DNA of 64,000 nucleotides from Lama glama (lineage: Eukaryota). The position numbers and the translations under genes were made by a program. How positions within the stretch are numbered: the stretch's first letter is position 1; each line of letters begins with the position of its first letter. The stretch is taken from contig CM052817.1 in NCBI GenBank assembly GCA_028534125.1, positions 34,040,001 to 34,104,000 on the forward strand. Direction: 5' to 3'. Shown here one piece after another: positions 25,761 to 39,229 of this stretch. The notes beneath the pieces are model-generated. The model had not been told where the DNA came from and did not search any database. It saw only the letters and a list, made by a program, of their open reading frames with translations.

Positions 25761-28324
25761 TCAAATGATTTGAATGAATTAAATTTCAGTGATTCTTGCC
25801 TTGTAAGATGACACTGCATATTTGATTCTCTTATAACATGTACTCACTCTTTCAGTCATTTAGGTCTCTGGGAACTTTCTAGATGTTTAGTGATACCTGA
25901 TATGCTGCCTTGTTTGGATAATTCTCAGTGATGATGATGGCAATGGTGAGGAAGATGGTGATGATAGCTACCATTTGTTGAATGCCTGGACCTATATTAG
26001 ATGTCGTATGTCCGTTAGCATAACTGACACCATCTTTGGCCCGCACAGGTCCTCCTGTTCTTCCACTGACCCTACCCAGGACTGTATTGTGCAGTAAATC
26101 ACTTCTCTGTCGTTAAGGGCTTTGTTGCTAATAGGCATTGTTTAATAATCATTACGGCCTCTGTGCTCTTGTAGTCTCCAGACAATGGTGAAGACCTTTG
26201 CTGACGTATTCCCAGTGCCCATGAGAATAGTTACTGATTCATAAATCTTGACTTAGGAATGCACTCCCTGTTTCCAAGCACGTACCCCCATGCCCGAGGT
26301 GATCTATAAAATTGTTCCATTGGCCTCTCAGCAGTGTGGAGTGTAGGTGTAAATACTTTCAGATGGTTGTCCGCCCCATCCACCCTGTGAGTAGGTTGCC
26401 CTATAAGAAAGTGATCCATTGATTAAATAGAGCTGCCTGCCTCACTTTTCCATCTCAAGACACCTTCTCAGTTTGATGGGCATTTTTCTTCATCCTCCAA
26501 TAGATGTGTTACACACATTACCTTATTTAAAGCCTCAAAATAACACTAGGAGGTAAGTATGATTTATCTCCATTTAAAGGTGAGAAAACTGCCTGTGAGC
26601 GGCTCACCCCCTTGCCTGAAACCTCACAGCTATGAGCAGTGGACTTGGGAGGCAAGCTCTTGGTTTTCTGACCTCCAAGTTTTAAACAGCAATGTCACCC
26701 TCAGCCAGCTGGTAAGGGCAAGCTCCTTATTGTCCTTCTTGGGCTTTGGATGTTGTATAAGCCATTTCCTTTCACCTTCAGAAACACAAGAGAAGGGGCA
26801 GAAAGCAAATCAACCATTTTGTTACCTATTACCAGCTGCTCTAAACGTAGTGAGAATGGCGGTCATGGCTCCAGAACAATCTGCTGATTTCCCAGCTTCG
26901 TGATCGGCCTCCTCCCTTATGCACCCTGCGAACTCCCTCTTACCCTTAAAGAACATTTCCCCCTTTATATTTCTCAGAACAATTTTATTCATTCGAGCCT
27001 GGTAAGGAAAACAAAACGTTGTGTTGGTAGAGGGGCTGGGGTCTGCAGTGTAGAGAGGGAGGCCCAATCACGAATTTCAGATCAGCGAGCATGCGGGTGG
27101 AAATACCACATTTCCTTTGCTTCAACAGTTGTTATTGTTGCTTATAAATGAACAAGCTGTCACCCATATGCCTCCTTCACTGTCGATTCCACTTTCGTTG
27201 GTTAAGTGCAGCTTTTATGATGTGAGTTCTATGAGGGGTTTAACCTCACACGGCCTCTGTCCTCAGGGTAAATGCTGCTAATTGAAATGAATGTTCTCAA
27301 GGGGCTCGCCTTGGTGTCTTCGTCCATGGTTGGCTCTGAAAGTGTGTGTGCTTTTCAAGCAGGGCCCTGGTGGATTTTATGAGACTGACCTTTTTCTTTG
27401 TGGTCTGTGGCTTAGCAGCTGCTCTTGTTCTGTAGCTAGTGAAGAGTGAGGCCATGCAAGAACTCTGGCCACGGCTGTCTGTCTCAGGATGTAAACAGAC
27501 ATTCTAGGGCAGCTGAAAACATTTGTGTCCACACGACAGGCCACCTGACCCGAGTGCAGAACCTCCCTTACACAGCATCATTTGCCTCTAATCAGGGTAT
27601 GTTTTACTCTTGGGGAATGCGTGGTATAGAAAGCTTGTACGGGTGAACTGACTTTCTTCACTGCTTGCATCCAAATATTCCAGTTGACATTATAATCTGA
27701 TGTGAAAATGGTTTTGGTTTGGTGAGCTAATCAATCAGCAACCACTAGGAGCAGCTTTGTTGAGAGGGATACAGAGACCTCAAACAGGTTCAGCGAAAAA
27801 GAGTGCTGTGGTCGATTAGTTATGTCTGCCTGGACATGTCCCCGCTTTCCCACAGCTACCCCAGGACTCTAGTCCATTACAGACCACAGTTGGGGAGCCA
27901 CTGAAAGTTCCCTGCAGATTCGCAGCTTGAAATCCCATCCTACCTTGGTGTGGTTGACTGTGACTCTTGCTGGAAGGTTTCCGGTCCTGGGGCCCTTGGG
28001 GAGCATTTCCCAGCCTCCTAAAGAGAGACTCCTCTTTGAATTCATCAGGAAGATACTGGAGGAAGTACATCTTCCTTGTCTGTAAGTTTTCCAGACTTCT
28101 CTGGCACCAAGGCTGTTATTTTCAAATTTCTTTCTAATTTGTATGTAATATACTATAGTTTTGAAATGATTTGTTCAATTCTTACTCTCCCTTAGGTAAT
28201 GAATGTTAACTTTGATATAGTTCCTTCTCTATCTTTCTATGATATATATATATACACACACACACACAATTCTTGTTCTTTAAAGAAATGGAATCAATCT
28301 ATATTCTAAAATTTACAGTTTTTA

Positions 28325-28950
28325 AGTTTTTTATTTTTTATCCCAAACTCCTAATTTATCCTTCCCCCGCCTTTCCCTTTAAGTAACTGCAAGTTTGTTT
28401 CCTATGTCTGTGAGTCTATTTCTGTTTTGTAAATAAGTTTCTTTGTATCTTTTTTTAGATTCCACATATAAGTGATATCATATGATATTTGTCTTTCTCT
28501 GTCTGACTTGCTTCACTTAATATGATAATCTGTAGGTCCATTCACATTGCTGCTAATGGCATTATTTCATTCCTTTTTATGGCCGAGTAGTATTCCATTG
28601 TACATATACACCACATCTTCTTTATCCAGTCATCTTTCGATGGACATTTAGGTTGTTTCCATGTCTTGGCTATTGTAAATAGTGCTGCTATGAACATTAG
28701 GGTGCAGGTATCTTTTTGAATTAAGATTCCCTCTGGATATAAGCCCAGGAGTGGGATTCCTGGATCATATGGTAACTCTATTTTTAGTTTTTAAAGAACC
28801 TCCATACTGTCCTCCATAGAGGCTGCACCAATTTACATTCCCATCAACAGTATAAGAGGGTTCTTTTTCTCCACATTCTCACCAACATTTAATTTTTGTA
28901 GATTTTCTAATGATGGCCATTCTGACCAGTATAAGGTGATACCTCATTGT
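28325..28950 (-). mobile_element. L1 3' fragment (L1MA9-like/camelid)
   Basis: tagattccacatataagtgatatcatatgatatttgtctttctctgtctgacttgcttcactt...ggccattctgaccagt. Confidence 0.9.
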
Positions 28951-29974
28951 ATACAACTTACATTTTTAACTTCCACTGTATCATGATTATTACTCCAGAT
29001 CACTACATGTAAATTAAACTTATAATTTCCCTAGCATGGACATCCCAAAAGCCTGATGTTTCCAGATAAGAAATGTTGCACTGCTGTTGGAAATCTGAGA
29101 CCTTATATTTTTTTAGTCCACTTCTAACAAATGTAAGGTTGGCATACATTTGTTTGGGTTAAAAACGAAGTAGGGGGAAATATGTAATAATAGACTTTAG
29201 TCAGTTTATTAAATAAAGATGACCCCCATGAGGAAGCCAAGAGCAGTGCCAGGCAAAGGGCATGTGCTCATTAAAGGTTAATTAAATCCGAAAGTATAAT
29301 ATCCTTTAGTAAGTAAAAAAAGGGCTGAGAGAGTAGAAGGAATATTAGTGTGCCTGGACTGATTTTTATTCAGTGTATTTTAAAAGTAAGATTATTAGCT
29401 TTTCTTAGCTGTCTAAAGGAAATTGGAAGAAAAGGAGTTATTTTCCAATCACATACATGCATCTACAGTTGCCTATGATTAAAATAAAGCCAAAGCACAC
29501 TAGGGTTACATTAGATATTCCCTGCTCAGATAACAATGGGTTATCACTTTCTCTTTGAACCGTTCTCCAATGATGGCAACCCCCCTACGCCCAAGAACGT
29601 CAATCCTCAGCCCTGTTTGGGCCGATGAGTAAAGCTCAGCCTGCTCTTAACCGACAAGGAAAATAGCTGCACTCCAGGTACTTGTCGGGCCACGTAACCT
29701 CCACCTCCCTGACATTCAGAAGCCGTCAGAAAGCCTAGTTGATGGAAACAATGCTTATGCACAATTATCTGAAGAATAATCGGTTCACGTCTCCTCCCCC
29801 GTGAAACTCAAGTCCTATCCGTGAACATAAGACAGCCGCGTGCCCAGACGACGCTACACTGCACCATAACCCCAGAAACGTTTTGCTGAACTGTACTTTG
29901 GGGTATTCCATCAGCTTCCACTTCAGAATAAAGCAATTGTGAAAAGAACATTATCATGATTAATGTTTGGTGTT

Positions 29975-30160
29975 TGGAGGCGAGAAGACCTGAATGTTAA
30001 TTCCAGCTTTGCCATTTGTTAGCTTGAAGACTTTAGGTGCATCATGTAATTTCTCAGAGCCTCAGTTGCCTCATTTGTTAAATAGAAAGAAGAAGAGCTC
30101 CCAGCTCACAGGCTGAATTAAATGTGATAATCCCTGGTAAGTGCTGGCAGTACGGTGCTC
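29975..30160 (+). mobile_element. MIR SINE
   Basis: ctcagagcctcagttgcctcatttgttaaat core. Confidence 0.6.
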
Positions 30161-31744
30161 CGTGTATGTTCTTCCTGGAGCAGCCTTGGCTGAGGGTCTT
30201 GACACCTGAGGGCTCGGCTTTCCATTTCCTACACCTGTGACTCTCAGAGAGTCCCCTCAAATATGTCCCCGGCCTCCCTGGCAGGTCCCCACTCGCCTCG
30301 TCCCCCATTCTGGGCAAACTGAGCATGATGCCTTCTATGAACCTGGGCTTTAAAAAGACCAAGGTTACTAAAGGGAGGGGACGTTGTCTTCCGGCAACTT
30401 CTGCCGCTCGTACAAATTAAGCTTTCAACAAATTATACTGCCACATCTGAAAAAGAGTTTTCCAGCCTGGCCAGTGTTTCATGAAAGCACACAGAACACA
30501 ACTCCGGGCTTTGCTATTTGTCTAACCTGGCTGTGGGCTGGTCCCAACAAGCAGCAGCAGCGTTTCAGCTGTGGGCCCCAGAGAGCACCCTGAAAAGCAC
30601 ATGCTGCACAGTACAGAGCACCGTCCTCATCACTGTTTTCAGGGGACTTGGATTTATTATAAAAGACGCAGACAGACATGATGGAGGCAACTTCTTCAGA
30701 TCTGTCGAATCCCACTCAAACGCTGCTCAGTGCCGAAGTGACTTCATATGGGTCCTTAAAGCCCTGTCGGGTTGGACTCACCATCTTTGAAATGAGATGG
30801 TCATGATATAATAGTGGTTTTCAAAATACTCAGTAAACACAAGATTGGGAATGGGTGGGGGTTTGTGTCTCTACCCTTGGTTTAACCAGAACTACCTCAC
30901 GTTTATCTGGTTTATGTATCTGGTTAGAAGAAAGAGGTCTGCTATTCAAAGGCAGGAAAAGGTGGTAAAAACCACTAAACTGGTTGATCTCTTAAGTCCG
31001 CAATTCTGTGAATGCAGCAGCATCTGCTGAGAAGAGGTGATGACCTTTCTCTTGCATGTTGTCCCCCACCCCAGGCCTTCTTTGAGATGTGAGCAAATGA
31101 TAAATGCAGCCCTGGCTGTGACTGTGAACCCAGACACGAACGGTCAGGCCTGAACCCTTCTGGGGTGCACACAGCCCCTTGGGAATTGTGCATTATGTCG
31201 TAACGCCTCCTCCCCTGGCTTCAGTGATCCCTCTCCCTTGCTTTATTCCCAACCCCACCCCCCATCAACTCCCAGTCTTGCTTTGGGTTCCACAGGTTTG
31301 CAGTAGATGAATCAAGACTGGGGTGGCCAGTTGTACCCCTTCTCTCTGGGCTGCCTTAGCGGCTGCTTGGGCGTTTTCCCTACTAGTCAAGTGAAGCCTA
31401 CCATTCTAGAGTCTGAGGCACTACCTTCAAAGTTACAGCAGATAATGTTAATCAATCCTTTAATGCTAATTATCCAACATTTTCCAAGGACCTGCTCTGT
31501 ATGAGGCACAGGACTGGGTGCCATATTTACATTGATCAACAAGACAGATGGTGCCTTCCAGAAATGCCCAGGTTCCTGGGGGAGGCTGGGCATATGTGCA
31601 CCACTTAATACAATGGGATTGGGGTACACACAATGACTCGGGAGCACAGAGAAAGGAAGAGTCCTCTTTACCTGGGGAATTGGAAGAGATATTACGGTGC
31701 TTGGAATAGACAACAAATATTTATTGAATGTTTATTTAACTCTA

Positions 31745-31940
31745 AAGCTAGACTGCTTGGAATTGAATTCCAGCTCCATCACTTTATCAGATGTGTGACT
31801 TTTGACAAGTTATGTAACTTCTCTGTGTCTCAGTTTTCCCAACTAAAAAAAAAAAAAAAAGGTGCTGACCCTGTGAGGATTAAAAGTTAACACAGGTAAG
31901 GTCCTTAAAACCATGTTTTGTGCTCGGTCAGTGGGTCAGT
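31745..31940 (+). mobile_element. MIR SINE
   Basis: tgtgtgacttttgacaagttatgtaacttctctgtgtctcagttttc...tgtgaggattaaa. Confidence 0.7.
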
Positions 31941-32144
31941 GCACTCCGTGGTCCTGCTATGACCACGGGTATTGAACAGGAGTTGGCGGTGTAGAGAAAG
32001 GACTGGAAGATAATGTAAGGGATCCAGATGAAAAACAAGCGTTCCTTTCAGATACTCACTGAGGAAACTTGCTCTTATCAGAACTTAAAAAAACAAAAAA
32101 ACAAAAACAAAAACTGGTCCAGGATCCACAGTTCCCTGAATTTG

Positions 32145-32400
32145 CTGCCCTTTCCGCAGCCTCACTGTCTTCTCCATCCCTCCCTGTCCTCTCCTTTCCT
32201 TTCCTCTTTCTCCTCCAGTCCTTCTCCTTTTTCCTTACTCCATCCTCTTTTCCTTCCCTCTATCTTCTCGTCCTCTCTGCTCCCTCCTCTCCTTCCCTCC
32301 AACTCCCTTCAGCCCTGTGAGATCTGCTCTTTCCATCCTCCCTTTCCCCCCTCCTCCTTTCCCTGTATCCCTGGTCCTGCTCCCCCTGCCCATCCCAACC
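32145..32400. repeat. CT-rich polypyrimidine low-complexity tract
   Basis: Directly visible. Confidence 0.85.
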
Positions 32401-33575
32401 AAGCTGGCCGTATGAACGTTTCTCCAAAGCCTGAAAAACCAGATCCTCCTCTGCTCTAGCAAGCATCATAGTAATAGGATGAAGACAGACCACAGCAAAG
32501 AAAAAAAAATTTTTCATATTGTTGCTTCTCAGTGAAAAGTACCCCTGCATGCCCTTTGTTGCCAACACAGCCAGGGCTCCCTTGATGACATTTGTAGCTT
32601 GGGGGCGATCGCGGTTTTTGGCCTGCTAACTTCTCACTGTCAAACTCTCTAGCAGCTTTCAGGGTTTAAATGGCAGCCATCGACACAGACAGAACCACCC
32701 CTGCTGACACCCTGAGGGGGACAAAGCCTGGATCCCCAGAAAGACAAAATTCATGAGTGTATTGCACTCAGAAATGAATGCTGAGGCCTGAAGACTGAGG
32801 GCTGGAGCCAGGGCAGAAGGCGTCCAAGAAGTCTGGCCTGGGCACCTCCCTCGAGGGGCCTCCATCTTCTCTATCCTGCAAATGATTCCTGCACATTGAT
32901 TGTATGCCTGGCATCATCCAGGGCCCTGGGGAGGCAGCGCTGACACAACAGAGGGGTCCCTGCTCCCCGGGATATCTTCTAAGAAGAATAAGATATTTTT
33001 AGATAGTTACAATTGCAGGAAAGAAAAAATAAATTAGTAAAAAGAAAAATCTTGATGGGGAAGGGTTTGCTTTAAATCGCACAGTCAGGACAGTCTTTCC
33101 TAAAAGAAGCCTCATAACAAGACAGACCCTCCACATACACTCGGGGAAGGGCGAGCGCCAAAGACTCGAGGCGGGAAGGGTTTGGAGAAAAAGCCCTGGG
33201 GGCGGGAGTGTGGGGATTGAGTGGGAAGGTGGTATATGATGAAACTGGAGAAGGAGGCAGCAGCCACACTTGTAAGGCCTTATAAGCCACGTTTGCAAGT
33301 CCCTTTGTAAGTAGTAGTAACAGAGGCGGATTGGATGATTCTATCAGAAAAGGAATTTATTGAAAGGAGCGTAGGTGGTCCACAGGATTGCCAGGGACAG
33401 ATGTGGGAAAGTGACAAGAGCAAGGGGCAGCAGCTGGACGCTGCCCTTGCCAGTGCTTGTGCCACCATCCGTGTCACTGGACACTTCCATTGGACGGGAG
33501 CCAATGCCGCTTCAGCTGCCATCCAGACAGAGCCCTGCAGGCACCGAAGCTTGATTCAAATGGTGGGTATATGGG

Positions 33576-34082
33576 GATATTAGGGTTCTCCAGAGAAACA
33601 GAACCAATGGGATGTGGGATGTATGTGTCTGACTGTCTGTCTGTCTATCTATCTATCATGTATCTAACTATCCATCTGTTTTGTTCTATTATAAAGAATT
33701 GGGTCACATATATAGAGGCTGAGAAGTTCCAAGAGCTGCAGTTGATAAGCTGGAGAACCAAGAGGGCCGATGGTATTATAAGTTTCAGTCCAAGTCTGAA
33801 GGCAAGAGAAAACCAATGTCTTCTCCAAGACATTGCTCCAGCTCAAAGACAAGCAGAGAAAGGGAATAATTCTCCCTTTCTCAGCCTATTTTTCTAATAT
33901 AGCTTTCAGGGATGGGATGAGGCCCACCTCCATTGGTGAGCACAATCCGCTTTGCTCAGTCTACAGATTCAAATGTTAATCTCATCCAGAAACACCCTCA
34001 CAGACACACCCAGAGTAGTGTTTAGCCAAATAGCTGGGCATCCTATGGCCCAGTCAATTGACACATAAAGGCCACCATCACA
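33576..34082 (-). mobile_element. ERVL solo LTR (MLT2B/D-like)
   Basis: tattagggttctccagagaaacagaaccaat...tcaaatgttaatctcatccagaaacaccctcacagacacacccag...ccatcaca; flanks atggg/gtggg. Confidence 0.85.
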
Positions 34083-34289
34083 GTGGGCAAGTACAGCCAA
34101 TTGGCTAAGTGGTCAAATGCTCACTTTGGGACAAAAAAGCCTGAAAGTGATGACCTGATGCATTCTTGAGTGAAGTAGAGTCTACCACTCACCAAAATTC
34201 AAAAGTCAAGGAATTTCCCTAAGATAGAAAGTGGGTTAGGATTCTGGATAACCAAAGAAATAACAAGTGTCTCTCTCTTTCATGGCAAG

Positions 34290-34800
34290 AATTAGCTTTT
34301 AATTGAAGTACAGTGGGAAAAGTTTAAACAGGAAGTAATATGATCTGATTTACATTTTTAAAAGGTCACCCTGGCTGCCAGATGGAGCTGGGTGGTTAGG
34401 GGGTAAGAGAGAAAACAGGAGGCTACTGTAGGAGCAAAGCTGACTCGAGCAGTATGGTTGCAGGGAAGGCGGTAAGTGATGGTAAGATTCAGGATTTAGT
34501 TTGGAGGTGAAATGAACAGGACTTCCTGATGGATTAGATGGAAGGAATTCAAGAATGGAGGTAATCAGTGCTGACTCTAGTTTTTCAATTAAAAAAGTTG
34601 GTGGATGGTGATACAAGTTATCGGGATGGGGAATCTGGAGGGAAAAGACAGAGGGAAAAAAATGAAGAATTCATTCTGGACCTGTTATTTTTGACGTGGA
34701 AGAGATAACTATTGTCATCCAAGTGACAATATAAAGTAGACATTTGGAGATTGCAAGACTGATTCAGGAAAGAGGTCAAAACTGGAGGTAGAGATTGGCA
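34290..34800 (-). mobile_element. L2 LINE fragment
   Basis: tgatctgatttacattttta...ttggaggtgaaatgaacaggacttcctgatggattagatg. Confidence 0.7.
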
Positions 34801-34919
34801 GGATGGGCTTTGGAGCCGGACAGCTGTGCTTCGACTTTGGATTCTGCTAATTACTAGTTGTGTAAACCTGAAAAAATTGCATAACGTCCTTCAGCTCCAG
34901 AATCCTGTTATAAAACAGG

Positions 34920-35095
34920 GCTGCATTCACTTCCTTGGGCTGCAGGAGCCAAGAACCACCAACTGGCTGGCTTAAAATCACAGAAATTATTCTCTCAAAA
35001 CCATGGAGGTTAGAAGTTAAAACTCAAGGTGTAGGTAAGGCCAGGCTCCCTCTGAAGTCTCTAGGGAAGAAATCACCCTTGCCTCTTCTGGCTTC
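34920..35095 (-). mobile_element. MLT1 LTR fragment
   Basis: accaccaactggctggcttaaaatcacagaaattattctctca...ggctccctctgaagtctctaggg. Confidence 0.7.
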
Positions 35096-35099
35096 AACA

Positions 35100-37740
35100 T
35101 AATCTAATATAGTGATTGTTTCTTTAAGGCTCACTTTGGAACAAAAAAGCCCGAAAGTGCGTATCTGATGCATTCTTGAGTGGGAAGTAGAATCTACAAC
35201 TCATCAAAATTCAACTCTTTGTGTCCTATTTAAGAAATATTTTCTTCTTCCCAGGCCTTGACAATATTTTCATATTTTATCTTCAGAAACTTTAGGATTT
35301 GGCTTTTTGCCTTGACTAGAATCCACTTGGAATCCATTACTGTATGTGGTGTGAGGTAAGAGTCAAGTAGCATTTTTTTTCCATATGGCTATTCAGTTGA
35401 CTTGGCTCCATTTACTGAAAAGAGCATGCTATCCCCTCTGCTCTGCTTTGCCGCTTTTATTGTCAATAAAGCATCCATACAATTGTAGATATAGGGGGAG
35501 GTTATAGCTCAGTGGTACAGTGTGTGCTTAGCCTGCACCAGGTCCTGGGTTCAATCCCTAGTACCTCCATTAAAAATAAATAAATCTAATTACCCGCTCC
35601 TTCCCCTAAATTGTGGATATATTTCTGTGCTCTCAATTATATTCCTTTGGTTGATTTGTATATTCTTGTGCAAACATCACACAGTCTTTATTACCCAAGC
35701 TTATAATAAGCCTAGATGTCTGGTCATCTAAATTCTCTAAGTCTGATTGTCTTTACAATTTTTCAAGGGGCTCTTCTTGACCTTTTGTATTATCATATGA
35801 AATTTAGAATTAGCTTGCCAATTTTTAACAAAATGACCTTCGGGGATTTAGATTGACATTGCATTAAATCTATAGATCAACTTGAAGAGACTGACATTTT
35901 TACAATATTGATCTTCTGGTTCATGAAAATTGGCATATTCTTCAATTTTTTTAGGATTTTTTTAATTTCACTCAGGAACATTTTACAATTTTCAGTACGT
36001 GGATCTTGAATGGCTTTTATTATAGTTAGTCCTAGATATTTCATTGTTTCGATGCTATTGTAAATTGATATTTGAAAAAAATTTATTTTTTATTGTGACT
36101 GGTATATAAAAATACAATTAATCATTTATATTGATCTTATATTTAGCCACCTGACAACATGTACCTTATTATTTATAATAATTTATATGTAGATTTCTTG
36201 GGTGTGGATACAAATCACATCATCTGTAAATACTGACAGTTTTATTCCTTGACTTCAAGTCCTTTTACCTTTTATTCCTTTTTATTATATTATTGCATAT
36301 ATTATATTATATTGGCTAGGACCTCCAATATGATAATGAATAGAAGTAAGAAAACAGGCATTCTTATCTTGCTCCTGATGTCAAGGTAGTTTCTGTAGTA
36401 TTTTTGTAGATACCTTTCACCAAATTAAGGAAGTATACTTCTATTTGTAGTTTGCAAGAATTTTTATTATGCATGAACTTAAATTTTGGGAAATGCCTTT
36501 TTTGCTTCTATTCAGATAACTTATATTATTTCTTCCTTTGTTGTATTAACGTGGTAAATCACATCTATTGATTTAAATCAACTTTGCATTCTTGGAATGA
36601 ACCCAGCTTGGTCCTGGTGTATTTTCTTGCTTATATTCAACTTGCTAAACATCTTCTTGGAATTTTGCACCTATGTTTGTGAAACACTCTGGCCTACATT
36701 GTAATGTGCTTGGTAGGATTTACTTTCAAAGTTTTGTTGGTCTAATAAAACAAGTTGGGAAATGTTTCCTTTTTTTCTATCCACAGGAAGTGTTTGTTTA
36801 AGATTGATATTGTTTCTTCCTTAAGTATCTTAAACATTTGGAGGAACTCACTGATGAAGCCATCTGGAAGGTTTTTGCTGCAGAGTCAATGGCTTTAACA
36901 GAAACAGGATTGTTTAGATTTTCTGTTTATTCCAGGATCAGTTTTGGTAGGTTTTGTTTTCTAGTTATTTGTCTAATTGATCTAAATTTTAAAATTTATT
37001 TTAAAAATCGATCATAATGTCTTTTTATTATATTTTCAATGTCTGCAGGATGGAAGTGACAATCACTTTTTCATTCTTGACATTGGGCTTTGTCTCTTCT
37101 TTTGTTAATCAGCTATCAAGAAGTTTGTAAAATTTTTTAGTCTTTTCAAAGATTCGACTTTTAATCCTTTGTATTATATATTGTTTTTCTTTCATTAATT
37201 TCTATTCTTATCATCTTTCTTCTACTTTCTTGAGTTTTAACTGGCTCTTCTTTTTCTAATCAAGTCGCTTGCTCAGTTTCCAAATATTTTGGTCTATTTT
37301 TCTTATTGATCTCTAGCTTAATGCTACAGTGCTCAGAGAACATTCTTTATATGATTTCAAGCCTTTGAAATTTTTGAAATTTACTTTGTAGCTCAGCATT
37401 TGGACAGATTAAACAAATATTGCAGGGGGATTTGGAAAGTACAGGTATTCTACAGTTGTTGGGGGTAGTGTACATATATATATATGTTTGTGCATATATA
37501 CAGATGGCCAACTTATATCTGTTATCCATCTATATTTTTAGCTATTTACACTTAAAAATTAGATCAATTGTATCAGTAGTATTGTTCAAATCTTTTATAT
37601 CTGTATTAATATTTCTATCTGCTTTTTTATCAATAAGTAAGGAGATATGTTAAAATCTCCCACTGTGTTTGTAAAGTTTTCTTTGTCCTCCTTTAGTTGC
37701 ATCAGATTTTACTTAATGAATTTTGAAGGTTTGCTTTTTC
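35100..37740 (-). mobile_element. Old degenerate L1M ORF2 region
   Basis: Long T-rich antisense L1 (gcattaaatctatagatcaa; ttggctaggacctccaatatgataatgaatagaag; gaggaactcactgatgaagccatctgg). Confidence 0.8.
35494..35608 (+). mobile_element. Vic-1-like SINE nested in L1, with TSD
   Basis: gggggaggttatagctcagtggtacag...ggtcctgggttcaatccctagtacctcc; TSD AATTGT(A/G)GATATA 35481-35493 / 35609-35621. Confidence 0.9.
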
Positions 37741-37984
37741 TTTTGCAGGCAGTTAGAGTAGGCTTGGATCACCTTAATCTAATGAGCTTGATTTGAAGCT
37801 GGGTCTTTGTGAGAATTAGTCTATTTCCCATTTATCCTTTGCAGTTAATATTGTGAAATATCTTTGAATCACTCATACATTAATTCATTTAACAACCATC
37901 TCTTGCATGTCTACTATGTGTTAGGCATTATAGTAAGTGCTGAATCTTCTGTATTCTTCTAAGAGTTATAAACAGAATGCAACT

Positions 37985-38418
37985 TTTTTAAAAAATTATT
38001 TTTTACTGAAGTATAATTGATTTACAGCGTTGTGTTAATTTCAGGTTTACAGCAAAGTGATTCCGTTTTTTACATATATATATAGGTATATCTACATCTT
38101 TTTCATATTCTTTTCCTTATGGTTTATTACAAAATATTAAATATAGTTCCCAGTGCTATACAGTAGGTTCTTGTTGTTCATCTGTTTTATATATGGTAGT
38201 TTGTTTTTGCTAATCCCAAACTCCTAATTTTTCCCCCTTCCCCTTCCCCTTTGGTAACCATAGTTTGCTTTCTATGTCTGTGAATCTATTTCTGGTTTGT
38301 AAATGAGTTTATTTGTATCATTTTTTTTAGATACCACATATAAGTGATATCATGTGGCATTTGTCTTTCTGTCTGATTTACTTCACTTAATATGATCATC
38401 TCTAGGCCCATCCGTGTT
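37985..38418 (-). mobile_element. L1 3' end (camelid/L1MA9-like)
   Basis: actgaagtataattgatttacag...atatagttcccagtgctatacagtagg...; degenerate TSD agaatgcaact/agaatacgact. Confidence 0.9.
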
Positions 38419-38600
38419 AGAATACGACTGTTTTTGAGAAGGAATCTCCAGCACCAAGGTGGGTATTTCTTATTTGTTCTCTTCATTTCTCAGAGTTTTC
38501 CAATCTACATTCTACTGCCAGATGAATTTCTATGAAGCATCTCTTTCTTCTCATCATTTACACCCTCAAAAACTTGCCTTTGTTTCCTAGTGCTTGAAGA

Positions 38601-38601
<1 letters not shown>

Positions 38602-38641
<40 letters not shown>
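38602..38641. repeat. (TG)20 microsatellite
   Basis: Perfect dinucleotide repeat. Confidence 0.97.
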
Positions 38642-38644
<3 letters not shown>

Positions 38645-39229
38645 AGCTGGGAGGATCCATGAGGCACTACCTTGTATCTCCTCCAGAGTCTTAACAGAAA
38701 GTCTAGCCATGTGTTTGATCTGAACTTACCCTGAGGCCATTTTTAACTGACAGTGCCTTGGATTTGATCTTTGCTTAAGAACATTTCTTAATTTCTCATA
38801 ACTTTTTTTGAACTGGAGAAACTGTTGGGGGGGGGGCGGTCTCTATATTTCCTCTAAACTGTGAATGAAAATCGCACCATTCTTTCTTTCGTTCACCTCT
38901 CTCTTCTTATGTTATCATAGGCAGCAAATGAAACAAGGTGACATGACATTCCACCTAGAAACTTCCTTGTCCAACTACTGATTGGATACATACCCTCTCT
39001 GTCTTCCCTGTGACAGTGGGTGACAACTTTGCCAGACTTTCTGCAACTACACAGCACATGTTATCTTTTCTCTAGGCTCCAATAAAAAACAAATTCTTAG
39101 TGTCCATCCAGCCTTTGCTAAAAGTAGTCTTAAGGCCCTTCTAGTACCTTCCTGCCATTTGTTTTCAAAGCCACGTATTTTAGGCTTTTATTGTGCAGCA
39201 TCCCATCCCTGTGGCAATTCCTATTTCTG

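Larger units (their letters stand above)
34119..35214 (+). repeat. Dispersed direct duplication ~85 bp (34119-34202 and 35129-35214)
   Basis: gctcactttgg..acaaaaaagcc.gaaagtg...ctgatgcattcttgagtg...aaaattcaa in both. Confidence 0.9.

Noticed and set aside
32028..32459. 143-aa Pro/Ser/Leu-rich ORF
   Set aside because: Translation of the CT-rich low-complexity tract
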